Positions 1 to 14,902 of a stretch of DNA of 64,000 nucleotides are shown piece after piece (position 1 is the stretch's first letter; the number at the start of each line of letters is the position of its first letter). The translations under genes were made by a program, and so were the position numbers. The DNA is from Saprolegnia diclina VS20 (taxonomy: Eukaryota), in contig NW_008246085.1 of the NCBI RefSeq assembly GCF_000281045.1, positions 435,749-499,748 on the forward strand, read 5' to 3'. The notes below the pieces were generated by a model. The model was not told where the DNA came from, did not search any database, and saw nothing but the letters and a program-made list of their open reading frames with translations.

Positions 1-1044
1 CTCGGGCAAGCAAGCCTTTACGGAAATCAAGAGCCTCAAGCAGCAGCTCTCGGTATCTAATACCAAGATCATGCAGGCCAACCAGGCGATCGCTACGATG
101 GTACGCGTATGGGTACTTGCTAGTACGCTCACAGCTACTGCGTAGAAACGGGAGCACAAGCACCAGCTCGACAAGATCACGACGCTCGTCGAGTCGCGCA
201 CCAAGGCGCTCGAAGACCTCAAGGGCTCCATGTCGTCGCTCAAGTCGTCAAACGCGGCGATGGCCGAGAAGTGGAAGCAAGAGCGGGAGGCGCGGCAGCA
301 GGAAGGCAGCCACGCCGACCAGGAACAGCGCCAGCGCCGCCAGTGGCAGTCCAAGTCGACCGTCACGATGGCACACCAAGAGTCGCTTGCCAAGCAGCTG
401 CAGGCACGCGAGCAAGAGATTGCCAAGCTCCGACAAAACCTCAACGAAGCGCGCCGCCGAACCACGATGAAGCTCATTCCGCGCCTCTCGCTGGACAAGG
501 ACTCGACGCCAATCAAGCCAAAGTCCAAGAGCGCTGGCAGCAGCCCCGTCGAACCACTCAAACGTACGACTCTTCGGAGTCGAACCGGTAGTCAAACGAC
601 GTCTTCGTCAGGCACGGAAACCGAGTCGGATCGTGGCAGCATTGCATCCCTCGCCATGCGAGCGATCCAGGCCGCCAAGAAGGCGGCTGCGAACCGCCGC
701 GTGACGCTGCCGCAAGACGAAGCGGCCAAGCGCAAGCGTCCGACCGTCCCGTCGCTCGCCACGACGCCGACGCGAACCTCGATGACGTCGAGTCCGTCGA
801 TGCGCACGCCCCTCACCACGTACGTTGGCCGTGTACTTTTTGCAGCCATATCTGATGGGCTTCGCGTAGGAGTCGATCGGCCAAGGTGGCGCGCAAGGAG
901 GAGCCTGGCATCCAGCGCCGATCCAGCACGAGCTCCGCTTCGACCGTGAGCCGCACCAGCCTCACGAGTGTGAGCTCAACTGCGAGTCTGCCCCGCCGGA
1001 GCAGCTCGGCCACGACGCCGCCCAAGCGGGGGACGTGGAAATAG
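1..1044 (+). CDS. Coiled-coil protein with Ser/Thr-rich C-terminus (5' truncated, spliced)
   Basis: Heptad-like K/E/Q/R-rich reading (ORF 230-949). GT..AG introns at ~101-145 and ~820-869 rejoin the frame, ending ...PKRGTWK-TAG at 1042-1044. Confidence 0.65.
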
Positions 1045-1152
1045 ATTACCCAACTACAGCGATCAACAACGCACGGCTATTTTATCTTTTTCGAGCTTGG
1101 ACTGCGGTTGGGTTGTGACAACTTGGTCTTTCGGATCACAGACAAGATCTTA

Positions 1153-2831
1153 TTACGCGTGGAAGGCTCGGACGCGCGGGTCGGCGTGCGACTGGAGGCC
1201 GCGCGATATTCTGCGCAGGACGCTGCCCATGAACCGCGGTTGGTCGACGCTGAGCGACTCGAGCGAGTGCAGAAGCTCGAGGAGCACGTCCTGTGTCTCT
1301 TCGTCGTCCGTGTCTTCGACGGTCTACGCATGCCAGAGTCTGACTCGTTCTTCTGTGCGAGCACCCACGTACCTCAAACACAGCGGGCTTGAGCACATCT
1401 TCGAAGAGGACCTCGCCGAGGTCGTCGTCGCTGAGCATGGACGCGGCCAAGCCTGCTGTCTGAAAGACACTAGACATACCACGTCTCATCTCTCGAATGA
1501 CAAATGTGGGGCGTACGCTTTGGACGTCTGCGGCTTGGGCGAGAGGGCGTCCTTGTTGAGGCGCACGGTCGCGCCAAAGTCCCAGCCGTCGTCAAAGTCG
1601 AGATGCGACTCTTTCGCCGACGAGCTCGTGACGCTCGAGAAGCTTCGGTTCGACTCGTCGATGGGTGCGTGGACTTGGATTTGGGCGCGCTATCGCGCGT
1701 CAGCATGGTTGCTGACGTCGTCGGCGTACGTACTTCGATGAGCTCGGTGAGCGACGACACGTCCTTGGCCACGCGTGAGGTCAGGAACGGGTGCTTGAGC
1801 AACTCGAGAGCCGTCGGTCGCTCGGCCGCGTCCTTCTTGAGGCACGCCGAGACAAAGTCCTTCAACTTGGGCGAAAAGTCGCCATCGAGCGTCGGCGGAG
1901 GGTCCTTTGGGATCACAAAGAGCACCTTCATCGGATGCAGCCTAGTCCTGCATAAGACATCCAAGTCTCAAAGTGGAGACGGCGTACGACGAGTGGGGTG
2001 GTTCGCCCTTGGCCATCTCGATGGCGGTGATACCGACCGACCAAATGTCTGCCTTGGAGTCGTAGCTACACAAACAGCGTGTTGAGAGACGCCGATAAGA
2101 CAAGGTCTCGGACTTGGATTGCTGGATGACTTCGGGCGCCATCCAGAACGGCGTGCCCACCACGGTGTTTCTAATGGCATGGATGACCAAGGCAAGGTGC
2201 GGGCATGGGTCGTACCGCTTTGTCATCGTGTCCGTGAGCTGCCCCGTGACGCCAAAGTCGGCGAGCTTGACGCGGCCATCGCCTGCGAGCAAGATGTTAG
2301 CGGCCTTGACGTCGCGATGGATCTTCTTCTCCGAGTGCAAATACACAAGGCCCTACACACGTTCGCTTCCATGTGGTTGAAGGCCCTCGTAGTACCTTGA
2401 GCAGTTCGTGCAAAATGATGGCAATGTAGACTTCGTTGAGTGGCCTACAGCGCATGAGCCATGGAGAAGGAGGTTGCGTCGCGTACCCGGGCGACATGAG
2501 GTCCAAGACGGAGCCGCCCGCGAGGTACTCCATGATGATCCAGAGCTTCGTGCCCACGATGAAGGAGCCATTGTACTTGGTCAGCTGCGGACATGCGCAC
2601 TGCGAGAGCACGGCAATCTCCTATGTGCGAAGGCTCAGCGGCGACCACGCGATGTGCGCGGACCTTCTGGATGTCGTCGATCTCGTCCTCCGCCGCCTCG
2701 AGGTCGATGATCTTGATGGCGCATATCTCGTTGGTCCGGCGGTCGATGCCCTTGTAGACTTCGCCGAAGGCGCCATCGCCGACCTTGGCGAGGACGTCGA
2801 AGCAGCTGTCCATCATCGGCGCTTGCTGCAT
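1153..2831 (-). CDS. STE20-family Ser/Thr kinase, GCK-III (MST3/MST4/STK25-like), multi-exon
   Basis: Motifs across exons: [82 protein letters not shown]. Short helical C-terminal exon ends ...RVRAFHA-TAA. Confidence 0.92.
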
Positions 2832-3384
2832 CGCCGTCTCGGAATTACTCTCGCTGCTCTGAAATTTTACCGGACAGCACATGGCCGCACACTATTTCCG
2901 TGCAAGCGCATCCGGTCGGTGCCAGCGCAAGTCCTGCGCCGACTGCTTGGGGCCATCGCGTTGGGTCGATGGCCGACGTGGCGTCTGCATGGTCCCGCCT
3001 TCGGCGTTGCTCGTGGCGAAAGCGTTGGCTGGTGCTAGGGTGGCTGTCGAGCTTGCCACAAAGGTGGCGGCCGTGCTCGTGCCACGGACAGGACGCGCCG
3101 GTGCTGGAGGATTCGTGGCAGTTCGTAACTTGAAGCTCCATCACTGTACATCGTCGCTGTTGGCTCGGTAGGCGACGATGGTTCGCCCAGCCAAGGCACC
3201 TGTCTTCAGAGCCAGCGCCAGCGTGCTGTGCTCTGGTCGCGCCACGTACAGATCACACTACTCATTTGCACCCTTGAAACGAGAGAACTCGGTCCTCGTC
3301 GTGCTGCATGTTGAAGTGCATTTTGCGATCGCTCACACTATTTCTGATACGACGCTTGAGGCGAAGAAGATCGCATTTTGTCGG

Positions 3385-5552
3385 ATGAACAGCCACCTCC
3401 AGCTCAAGTGCCGGTCCGAGCAGCAGGTGCTCAACGACCTCACCAAGTGCGTCGCCGCCAAGGACTACACGTCCAAGCGCACTGCGGCTCTCCTCCATGA
3501 GCTCACGTTCTTCTACGTCTCGGTCGTCGCCGACGCCGACGGCTCGAGCGCGTACGTCCACGACTCGGTGCTCCGCGACCTCTCGACGCTGCTCGTCAAC
3601 ATCAAGGACAAGAAGGAGGACCAGAAGCTCGTGCGCATTGTACACGTTCTCTTGCAGCACATTGCGCAGCAAGTCCAGTTTGCCCAGCGTACGGCACACT
3701 CGTTTCGATCCTTCGCTGTTGACATGTTCTTGGTAGGCCTCGCCGCCCACGACCCCTCCGCTGCAAGCCGGTCGACGCCCCGCGGCGACAACACGGGCGC
3801 GATCCTCGTCCAGCTCGCGTCGCTCTTGGACGTTGTCGCCAAGAATGAGATCAACCACCCGTTTCCGCCACGGCGGGTATCGGCGTATAAGCTCTACACA
3901 GTCCTCTGCGCGACGCTGCGCCAGCCCGAGCGCTGCTACAGTCTCGTATCGGGCATCGCGTCATCTAGCGCATGGACGATGCTCAAGCTCACGAGCGCCA
4001 AGAAGAAGACGGACAAAGACCTTCCGACCCAAGTCGCGCTCCTCGATGCGTCCTTGCAGGTCGCTCGGTCGCTCCGTGAGACGGCGCCGCAGATCCTCGA
4101 CCCACTCCTTCCACAGCTCATCGCAGGCGCGTTCATTCCGAGCCGACACGCCGCAGCCACGTGTCTTGCGCTCTTCGACACCAAGCCACTGCAGGTGGTC
4201 GACGCACTCATGGCGCACGTCGGGACAGGATCCGTTTCGATCAACACACCCGACGCAATCACGACCTGCTACCTTCTCAAGCTCTGCGGCAAGATCGCGC
4301 GACTGCCCGTGGGCAACCGCGAGGCCAGCGCCGTGGCCGCCAACCTCCTCGACATGAACTTTGACGTGGGCTCCAGAATGCTCGCACGCGACGCTACTAA
4401 CGACGAACGACTAACTAGGCGCCGGCCGCACCCAAGAGCGTCAGCGGCCCCGTGATTGAGCAGCACATTTCAACGCGCGTCGCTGACCTCCTCCTCGACG
4501 TGTGCATGCAAAAGCACACGTTCGTGCTCGCTTCCGCCCCGACCGCCGGCGGCCCGCCAACGCTAGCGCCGTGCACCGTGCTCCTCACAGCGATCGAAGA
4601 AATGACGCGCGGCCAAGTCGCGCCCAAGTGCTTTGAGAAGGTCCGCGGTGGCTTGAGCCCGTTCGAGATTGCGGCCAATGGCATCCAGCTCGTGCTCACG
4701 ACCCACGGGCAGAGTCCTCTCGTGCTGCACCGCGTGTGCCGGGCCGTGACGGCGGTCGCGTCGGCCTTTGACCTCGCGCTCATCTCGTTTTCAGCGCACC
4801 ACTTGGATTTTCTCAGCAAAATCACAGAGGCCATTTGGAACATCGCTGACGCGACAACGTCATTTGCACCGTGCGTGCTGCAGGAGAGCCTCGTCGCGCT
4901 CGTGTGGCTACTGCCGCGGCGGGCGCCGTCCCGGACAGCGTCGCAAGCCCATCTGGCGACGACCAGTGGCTGGCCCGAGCTCGTGCCGCAGCTGCTGTCG
5001 CTGCCACCGAGCGCGGTGTCGCACCTCGAGCGCGAAGCCATCGTGCGCGCGCTCTTGGCACGTGCAACGCTCGTCGACGTCGACCCGACGCTGCTCGGGT
5101 ATGCCGCCAGCGTTCTCCAGCATTGGTACGAGCATTCGCCAAGCCATTGGCACGGCGACGTCTTCCAGGCGCTCTGGCACATTTACGTCTCGAGCGACAA
5201 GTGTTTCCGGCCGGCCGTCTTTGGCAGCCCGCTCGCCGTGCTCGACTTGCACCAAAGCCACGCTGAGAACGACCGGTCGACGCAGGCGATGCAGTACACC
5301 AAATGCATTGCCATCCATTTCCTCACAACGACCCCCGTGCTCTTGGATCCGAGCTGCGCGGCCATGTGCGGTAGCGTGGTCCTACGCCTTGCCAAGCTCG
5401 CCATGCTCGACGACTGGCCGGTGCGGCGGTCGGCCGTCGCGGGGCTTCTGCGGTTGCAGAGCGCACCCCGCGTGTCGCCGGTTCTCGCCAGCTTGCGCCG
5501 GCACGCGCCATCGCAGGGATACGCCGACCTCCTCGTCGCGACAAGTGCATAA
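3385..5552 (+). CDS. Uncharacterised Leu/Ala-rich alpha-solenoid (ARM/HEAT-like) protein
   Basis: ORFs 3178-4455 and 4452-5552 have coding bias and are joined by an intron at ~4365-4419. Likely ATG at 3385 (MNSHLQLK...). Fold is inferred from composition only. Confidence 0.6.
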
Positions 5553-5587
5553 GAGACAGCAGGTGCTTGTATTACGATAACGGACGA

Positions 5588-7755
5588 CTACTTGAACGTG
5601 TTGAAGTCGCGCACTTCGTTGACGATCTCGAGCGCCTTGGAGAGAAGCGTGCGCATCTCGTAGCAGTTGGAGCGGCGCGAGGCAATGTCGCCGGACTCGC
5701 GGAGGAGCTCGACGAGGCGCTCCTCCTTGTAGAGGCTCGAGACGAGCTGGTTCTGCACCTGGTCCTTCGCAAAGTTGACCATGAAGCACATGATGATCTT
5801 GGGCACGAGGTCAAGGAAATTCTTGCGCACTATGTCAAAGTACGAGGCGAGGAGCGACTTGATGATCTCGGTCTCAATGCGCTCGCGGTCGGTCGGGACC
5901 TCGGCCTGGCGCATCGTCGTGGGCACTTGGGGCAGCTTGACGACACCGCCGTTGCTCGAGGCGGGCGACGACCGCGCGTCCTGGCTCTTCTTGCCGTTGA
6001 AGAACGAGAGCAGTCCCGAGTTCTCCTTCTCTTCGGCCTGCGGCGCGGCCGGGGGTGGGCGCGTCGCGTTCGAGAGGCGCTTGCCTTCGGCCTGGGGCGG
6101 CGGCGACGCACCATCTTGCTGCAGCTTGTCCATGAGTTGCGCAACGGCCCGCGACCCGCCGATAAAGTCGGGATGGTTTGTGTTGATGTACGAGAGCTCC
6201 GTCTTGATGAGGTTCGAGATCATCGTCTGCGTCGGGCTCAAGCAGCCGCGGAGGAGGCCGTTCACAACCTCGACGACGCGGTCACGCAAGTCGGCAAAGC
6301 GCGTGAGCTCGACCGTCTCGCACTGCGACGTGACGCGTTGGAGCTCGTCAAAGACGAGGTCGACGCACTGGAGACCGGGCGCCTCGAGGCGCGCAATCTG
6401 GCGCTTGGCGAGGAGCTCGAACGAAATCTCGGGCACAAAGAGCGACTGGCGCGGGCCGTTGGCGTTGCGGATCGTCGTGCGGATGTCGGCGTCGCTGAGC
6501 TGGTCGAACGGGTCGACCGCCTGGAGGCTCTTGGAAAACACTTCGTTAAAGATGTACGAGATGCGCGCGCCGCCGTAGAGCTCGGCCATGTCGTTCGCCT
6601 GCGTGTGGCGGCCGTCGAGCGAGTTGATGAACGACGATGAAAAGTGCGAGATGAGCTGGAGGAGCGTCGCGCCGAGCGCCGTCTTGCTCATGCTTTCGGT
6701 CGGGTTGCCCATGCCGTCCATCTCCAGGTCGAGCTCGGACAGCATCGCCGAGATGCGCGACTTGATCTCTGGCAGGCAGTCGCGGATGTGGTGCATGAGG
6801 ATCGTGTTGAGCGACTTGGAGAGGAACTGCGTGCCCATGCGGCTCGCGATCGCGCGGTACGACGCATGGTTCTTGAAGAAGACCGTCTCCTTGGCGACGC
6901 TGTCGCGAATGCCCACGTTGTTGTTGATGTCGGCCTGGCTGCGGTTCACGACGCCCACATATCTAATAGGACGACATGAGCACATGGGAGACGCTAGAAG
7001 CGAGCATGAACGTACCCTTTCTTGAGCGGAATGACGCGGCCTTGCAGCATCTCCATCGCGTCCGTGCCGTTGTCCATCAAGTCGAGCTTGGTGAGGACGC
7101 CGATCGTGCGGAGCCCGTCCGGGTCGATCGCCCGCGCCATCTTGAGCGAGTCGCTGTTGGCCAAGTCCGTGTTGGCCGCCGTCACGGCCAGAATGATCGA
7201 GTTGGGGTTCGAGATGAACTCGGTGCACATGTCCCGGATCTGCTCTTCAATGTTGGCGGGCTGGTCGCCGACAGGCACCTACAAAATCCAACGTCATTCG
7301 CCTTCGCCTCGCCGCCGTCCACGTACCTTGGTGATGCCGGGCAAGTCGACCAGCGTCAAGTTGAGCACATATGGCGAGAAGATCTTGAGCGTAATGGGCT
7401 TGTTGGAGATGCCCTTGTTCTTGCCCGTCATGCGGTCGGTCTCCTTGTCGATTTCTTCGCGCAGCTTGGCAAAGTCGTAAATCTTCTGGTTCGGGAGGTG
7501 GTTGAACTCGCCCCACTCCTCCTTCTCCTTGTCGTCGCCCGCCGGAATGTTGTAGAGCTGCAGCACGAGCGGGCGCCGGGTCACAATGCCCGACCCGCGG
7601 GGTAGGAAGTCCTTCCCGACGATGTTCTCGAGCACAGAGCTCTTGCCGCTCGACTGGCTGCCGACGACGACGATCTGCGGCAGGTTGATGGGCGACTGCC
7701 CGATCGCCGAGAAGACGTCCTGGAGCTTGTTGATGATCGGGATGAGCTGGTCCAT
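5588..7755 (-). CDS. DRP1: Dynamin-related GTPase, DRP1/Dnm1/DRP3 type
   Basis: [15 protein letters not shown] start, G1 [30 protein letters not shown], middle domain ([17 protein letters not shown]) and GED. Two short introns at ~6965-7015 and ~7279-7326. Confidence 0.93.
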
Positions 7756-7776
7756 GCTGCTGCTGCTGCTGCTGCT
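7756..7776 (-). repeat. (CAG)7 trinucleotide microsatellite immediately 5' of the dynamin ATG
   Basis: Plus strand reads gct x7 directly after CAT at 7753-7755. Confidence 0.85.
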
Positions 7777-8348
7777 TGGCCTCCCTTCAGATACTGACGA
7801 AGAAGACAACCAGATACGCCGGTCGCATTTTATTTTTATGACCGCGATTGGCTTCCATTTTATTTTATGACCTGCGTTTTGTATGCTCCATTGGAATAAA
7901 AAAACGCAACTGCGCACGCGGGGATAAAAATCAGTCGAGCGCCTGGCGCCCGTCGCGCACACTGCGATTCAGTAGGCTCGAATCCTTGACATCAACCCAC
8001 CCGTAGAAACGCATGCTTGTTGTATATCCATTCATAGAGGTTCTACCAAACAGCGGTGATCAGGGCAGGTAGAAACACCCAACTTGACACAGGCACACGG
8101 CCGAACGTGCGGCCGTGATGGAGCGACTGCAAGCAACGTGCGATCGATGCGCGGTGATGCATTGAGCGCACCCTGCGCAGACGAGGGAGCTGGAGCAGGT
8201 GGTGGTGTCGGCGCTGGAAGCTTTGGTGCATACGCTGTGGCGACAGAGCGTGGGATCGTGTCTAAGGATGCGTGCGTTTAGACGCGGTGGTTCAAAAGCG
8301 TATACGTGATCCAGCGGCTCATTTTGGATCATTATTGGGGCTGGCAAC

Positions 8349-9549
<1,201 letters not shown>

Positions 9550-9786
9550 ACCTCACCTAGCAATATACCATTGTCTTCCTTCGTTCTCTGCATTGCCTCC
9601 TCGCCAGCACCCTGCTCCTGCCTCCGGCGAGGGGTCCATCTTGGGGCTCTCTGCCGAGTGGATATCCGGATACCGTATGCGGATGAAAATCGGTTGGTGT
9701 TTAAGGCGCGGAGGGCGATGAATGGTTTCGGAGCAATCGAGCATTAGCGATTTACTTTTGAGGACGCTGGTTTATTAACGTACAAA

Positions 9787-10191
9787 ATGTCGGCCGAGGA
9801 AGTGAACCAAGTTGTGGAGTTGGGCGAGATGGAAGCCCTCCAGGAAGTCCTGAAGAAGGCCCTCGTCCACGACGGCCTCAAGCGCGGCCTCCACGAAGCG
9901 GCCAAGGCCCTCGACTCGCGCCGTGCCCGCCTCTGCTGCCTCGCCCAGGACTGCGACGAGCCCTCGTACCAGAAGCTCGTCCGCGCGCTCTGCGAGGAGC
10001 ACGGCGTGAACCTCATCATCGTTCCCTCGGGCAAGCAGCTCGGCGAGTGGTGCGGTCTCTGCAAGATCGACGACAACGGTGAGGCCCGCAAGGTCGTCTC
10101 GACGTCGTGCGCCGTCATCACCGACTTCGGTGAGGAGACCCACGCCCTCAACGTCCTCTTGAACTACCTCAAGAGCCGCGTCGAGGCCTAA
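9787..10191 (+). CDS. RPS12: 40S ribosomal protein S12 (eS12), intronless
   Basis: [27 protein letters not shown]...[18 protein letters not shown] is the characteristic eS12 sequence. Confidence 0.97.
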   Translation: MSAEEVNQVVELGEMEALQEVLKKALVHDGLKRGLHEAAKALDSRRARLCCLAQDCDEPSYQKLVRALCEEHGVNLIIVPSGKQLGEWCGLCKIDDNGEARKVVSTSCAVITDFGEETHALNVLLNYLKSRVEA

Positions 10192-10356
10192 ACGCGCAGT
10201 TTGCTACTGATGACACCCAAATCCCGTCGTTAATAGAAGAGACTCCGTTCTCCACCACCCGTCGCGATCCTCTTGACTGCTAGCGACAAGCAGAACAGAC
10301 TCTGTACAGGACCAACGCTTGGACTTGATAAATACGGCTACGGCTTCTACGGCACG

Positions 10357-11986
10357 TCATGCGTCGGGCGCGAGCAGCTTGCGCTGCTTGGCCCGATGGG
10401 CGCACTCGACGTCGTCACTAGGTATTAATGCGCTCGCACTGCACTGGCCTTTGGTGCTGCGCTTCTTGTCCTTCTACGCTCAAGACGTTAGCATGGCGCC
10501 GCAGGGCGTAGCGATGACGTACTGGTCGCGGTGTATTGCTCGCATCTTCGTGAAAGAACGGATGCTGGAGCGCTTCAGACGGCGTTATCCTCTTGCGTGG
10601 GCTATTACGAGAGGATACGTCGGACGCGTTCTTAGAGGCAGGAGGACGTACTCGTATTCGAGCATCTTGGTGACAAGGTCGGTGAACGCAGCGTACTCGT
10701 CGAGACTGTGGCCCTTCTCGCCAAACCGCCGGCCGTTGCATGTAGCAATGTCGTAGAGGGTGCGACGGACCGCCGGTGGCGGCTCGGCTTCGGACGTTGG
10801 CTTGAGCGCATACCCGGTCGATGTGCGCTCGAAATACTTGTTGCGTTGGAGCACATGGAGCTGGTCTATGATGGGCGCGGGCACCATGCCGAGCACGTGC
10901 ACAATCTTGTGCAGCTGGTCCATGACGTTGGCGCCGTCAAAGAGCGGCGACCCCGAGTGCATCTCGACGAGAATGCAGCCGAGGCTCCACATGTCGATCG
11001 CTGCCGTGTACTTGAGACCAAGGATGACCTCGGGCGCCCGGTAGAAGCGGCTTTGGAGGTATTGAAAGATCTGCAGGTTCAGATGAGTACGAGGTGTGCA
11101 GTTGTGTCGCTCGTACCTCTTTGCCGACGCGGCAAGAACTGCCAAAGTCGATGAGCTTCACTTGGCTCTTGCTTTGGTTGACAAGTACAATGTTTTCGGG
11201 TTTGAGGTCGCAGTGTATGATGGACGATTCCGCGAGGTACCGCAGCGACTAGACATGTGTTGTGAGATGCTGTTGTGCATGGGCAAATGCAGTCATACCT
11301 CAAGCACCTGCCTCATAAACTTGCGCAGTAGCTTGAGACCGATGCCAGCGTATTTGGTGCTCTGCAGCAGCTGAAAGAGATTGTATGAGAGGAGCTCAAA
11401 GACGAGGCAGTGGTGGCCCTTGTGAACAAACTTGTCGAGCATTTGTACTACGATGCGATGAGTGTGACTCGAGCGTGACGGACTCTACCAATGTGGTTGT
11501 CGTGGCCGTGCCGGCTGCGGTGCAGGTACTCGAGAATATCAATCTCAGATTGCACTTGTCGCTCAAAGGCCTTGCGGTTCTTGATGATCTTGATGGCAAC
11601 AGGCTTGTTGGTCTGAATGTCGACGGCTTCGAGCACTTGGCCAAAGGAACCCTAGGATGCAGTGCATGAGCGCGGCGAGGGCGGCCAAGTCGGCAGCGCA
11701 CCTTGCCCATTTTCTTGCCCGTGACACGGTAGCGCGCATGGAGCACCTCGTGCTCGGCCGGCACGTAGTAGTCGCCTAGCGTGGGCGCCTCTGGTGGCTG
11801 CTTGGCGTCTTTGGCGCCCTTGACCAGCTTCTCTTTCGACCGCTGCTTCTTGTAGTACGCCTAAATGTCACAATAAGATCGTAGCCTGCCATGCGTTTGG
11901 TGTACGAGATTGATGAGGCGGTACGTCTCTAGGAGGTGGCAGCCCAGCTTCACGCACGGGCGCGCGCCCAAGACTCGTGGTTCCAT
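10357..11986 (-). CDS. DYRK1: DYRK1/minibrain-like dual-specificity kinase, multi-exon
   Basis: N-terminal [15 protein letters not shown] (DYRK1-like), GKGSFGQV split by an intron, [48 protein letters not shown]. Confidence 0.88.
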
Positions 11987-13586
11987 CGCGTCGTCGTCGT
12001 CTCCGAGGCTCAGGCTCGTCGTGGTCGTCGGCAAATCCGTCGTCGGCTCGCTTCTCGAATGCGACGCTTGAGCTTCGAGCTTCGCCTACTATTCGAATAA
12101 AATTTTAAAATACGCGAGCGGTTTCTCGGTAGCTTTTGTCTTGATGTTTGTATGGAATCGACCGCCGGGTGCGCCGGCACCTCGTATACAAACGTCGAGT
12201 CAGTCTCCCCCGGCATTTTTCTTTTGGACAAAGTATATATCTGCCCTACCCCGCGAGCCAAAACACCCGCCCTCGCCGCTCATTGGCTGCCGCCCAACAG
12301 CTCCCTCCAATCTCAAGCGCCCGTTTTTCGATATTTTGGCCAAGTTTCGAAACGGACTGTATCCGGATGCGAGGTTGCCCTTCGGCGGCTTAGTTAGTCG
12401 ATCGACAGCCAAGTGACACACTAAAGTAGCGCGGCGGAAGGATACATGAGAGCAAGGGTGTGGGAAGGCGCGTTCACAGAGGCTGATTGCATGACTTTTG
12501 GCGATTTGCGGAGGCCCGTTTTAGGGGTGTTAGAGCCGCGGGTGTAGCCAGACGGCATGCAGGACACACCGACGAGACGCATTGCTCGAAGACGTTCGGT
12601 TATTGAAACGACGTCATGGCAGGTCAACACGCGTGACAATCGCATAAGGTAGAATAACGCGGTACTATATCTTGCGGCCGCATCTTTTGCCTTACGCCAA
12701 CGAGACTTCAATCCAAAGTCCATCCGTGCATATACTTCCGGCACCAACTTTAGTCGACTAAGCCGAACCAGTCGTCAAGTGACACGAAAATCGCGCCACG
12801 GCCTGAATCTTTCGAAATTCGATAACCGAACGAATTTTCGAATGTGAAACGGATAACCGTTCACCGACTCGCCACGTGGATACCGGTTGCAACCGGGAAG
12901 CAAAATGTGTGGCCGTGTATTGCAGTTGCACTTGGCCACTTGGCCTGCCCCACGGACGTCTACACTAGCTCGTGGGCTCCATAATAAGCTCGACATCCCA
13001 ACATAACGACCTCTTAAGAAGCATAGCCCGTCCAAACAACAGCTCGCGTGGAATAGATGGGCCAAAATTTGACGCAGCAGTTAGCGGTTGCAGCGGAGAT
13101 CGAATAAACCGGATTGCGATCCGTGTTCGGGACGTTCACTATCGCACAATCGCCAGGTTGTGGCCTGCCACAGATGCCTGCCACCGCAGCAGCTCGCGAT
13201 ACCAGGCACTAGCTCATCACTAGGCTGCTCTTGTAGTCGTCAAGTATCTACTTAGTTGGAGAAAAGACAAACGACTCCAAATTCCAAGCTCCAATAAACT
13301 GGAACTGGCGCCTTGGCTCAAGGAACGAACGCTGCGACAGGCTTGGCGAGTGGAGAAAACGAGTGACGCACCGACTGAATACGCCAAAAATGGACTAACA
13401 CAACACGAAAACTGCAGCGTTTATGACGGTCCAACAGAACAACACAGCGACTCATTTCGCCGTCCACTTGTTGCGTGGGTTTAGCCTATCAGCGTATCCG
13501 GACATGGCATGACCACCCAATGGCTGGGGGCGCATCCGGATACGCCACCGATTGTTGGATCGAAGCGGCAATTCTTTCCAGCTCTC

Positions 13587-14837
13587 ATGGCGGCCCCATC
13601 CTCCGTACGCGAGCTCAACCGCCTGTACGTGCAGTCCAGCACGCTCCAGTGCGCGCTCGACCTCTGCCGCCCATGCTGCTACAAGGTCATTGTGCACGGC
13701 GGCAAGGACATTGTGCCCAACCAGCGCCCGGAGCACTGCCCGCGCTTCCAGAGCCCGTCGGCCAAGAAGACGTCGGACGACGAGGCTGACGACGAGCCGA
13801 CGCCGCCGGCGCCGCTGACCAACGCGCTGATTGCCACCGACGACAAGAGCGTGCTCACGGTCGGCGATGGCAACTTTTCGTTCTCGCTTGCCATGACCAA
13901 GTACTTGGCGTCGGGCGCGCAGCTCACGGCCACGTCGCACGAATCCAAGGAGACGGTGCTCGAGACGTACCCGGACAGCGCCGACATCTTGCGGTCACTC
14001 GACGAAGCGGGCGCCCGCGTCTTGCACGAAGTCGACGCGACGAACGCCGCTGCGCTCAAGGCCCTCGGCACGTTTGACCGCATCATGTGGAACTTCCCGT
14101 GCGTCCGCATGGAGAACGGCGCCGATGGCCAAAACAACGAGATGGAAGAGAACAAGGCGCTCCTCAAGGGCTTCTTCTCGGTCGTCCTCGGCGCGCTCGC
14201 GCCCGGTGGCGAGGTGCACGTGACGCACAAGACCAAGCCGCCGTTCGGACAGTGGGGCATCCTCGAGATCGCGGCTGCTTGCGGGCTCTCGCACCTCGGG
14301 TCGGTCGTCTTTGACCGGTGCCTCTACCCGGGCTACTCGAACAAGAAGGTGCTCTCGAAGGGCTCGTTCCCGATCTGGGACTCGGAGACCTTTGTGTTTG
14401 TGCGCCCGTCGGACCTCAAGACGTGCACCTTCTCGCTCCCGACTGATATGCCCGACACGGACGCCGTCGACCAAGGCTGCGAGCGCTTTGTCTCGTGGAC
14501 GCCCGAGCAGTGGGAGAAGGAAGGGTCGCTGATCCCGATGACGCCTGGCATCGTCCGCGACATCCGCATCTTGCTGAGCCCGGTCAACAAGAAGCAGCTC
14601 GAAGAGAAGGAGAAGGAGCGCAAGAAGCGCAAGCTCGAGGCGCTCACGACGTCGCTTCCCGAAGACGTCCTCGCCGCGAAAAAGCTCAAGCGGAAACCGC
14701 ACCAGAAGAAGGCGCCGATCAAGACCCAAGATAAGAACAAGAAGGCCATGCCGGCCTCCAAGCGCAACAAGAAGGCCAAGCGTACGATTGAAATCCTCGA
14801 CCAACTTTTCTCATGTCTCTGACTAGGTCACGCCTAA
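13587..14837 (+). CDS. BMT5: 25S rRNA (uridine-N3)-methyltransferase BMT5-like (DUF2431) protein with Lys-rich tail
   Basis: VLTVGDGNFSFSLA, LTATSHES, HEVDAT, FDRIMWNFPC, GGEVHVT, YPGY motifs. A probable terminal intron at 14782-14826 gives stop 14835-14837; the unspliced stop is at 14822. Confidence 0.82.
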
Positions 14838-14902
14838 TCACACACGAATACCCTAATGCTAGATCCACCTACAAGACACCAGCGTATATTACACTCGACG
14901 TC

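Noticed and set aside
5567..6640. Long antisense ORFs (also 22717-23757, 33372-34397, 13995-14804, 63024-63992)
   Set aside because: They shadow well-supported genes on the opposite strand. Strong C/G third-position bias removes antisense stops, and the translations show no family motifs.
7935..8005. GGCTCGAATCC resembling a tRNA T-loop/B-box
   Set aside because: No acceptor stem, D-arm or anticodon arm can be built around it.
12519..12527. TTTTAGGGG telomere-like word
   Set aside because: Single copy, no array.
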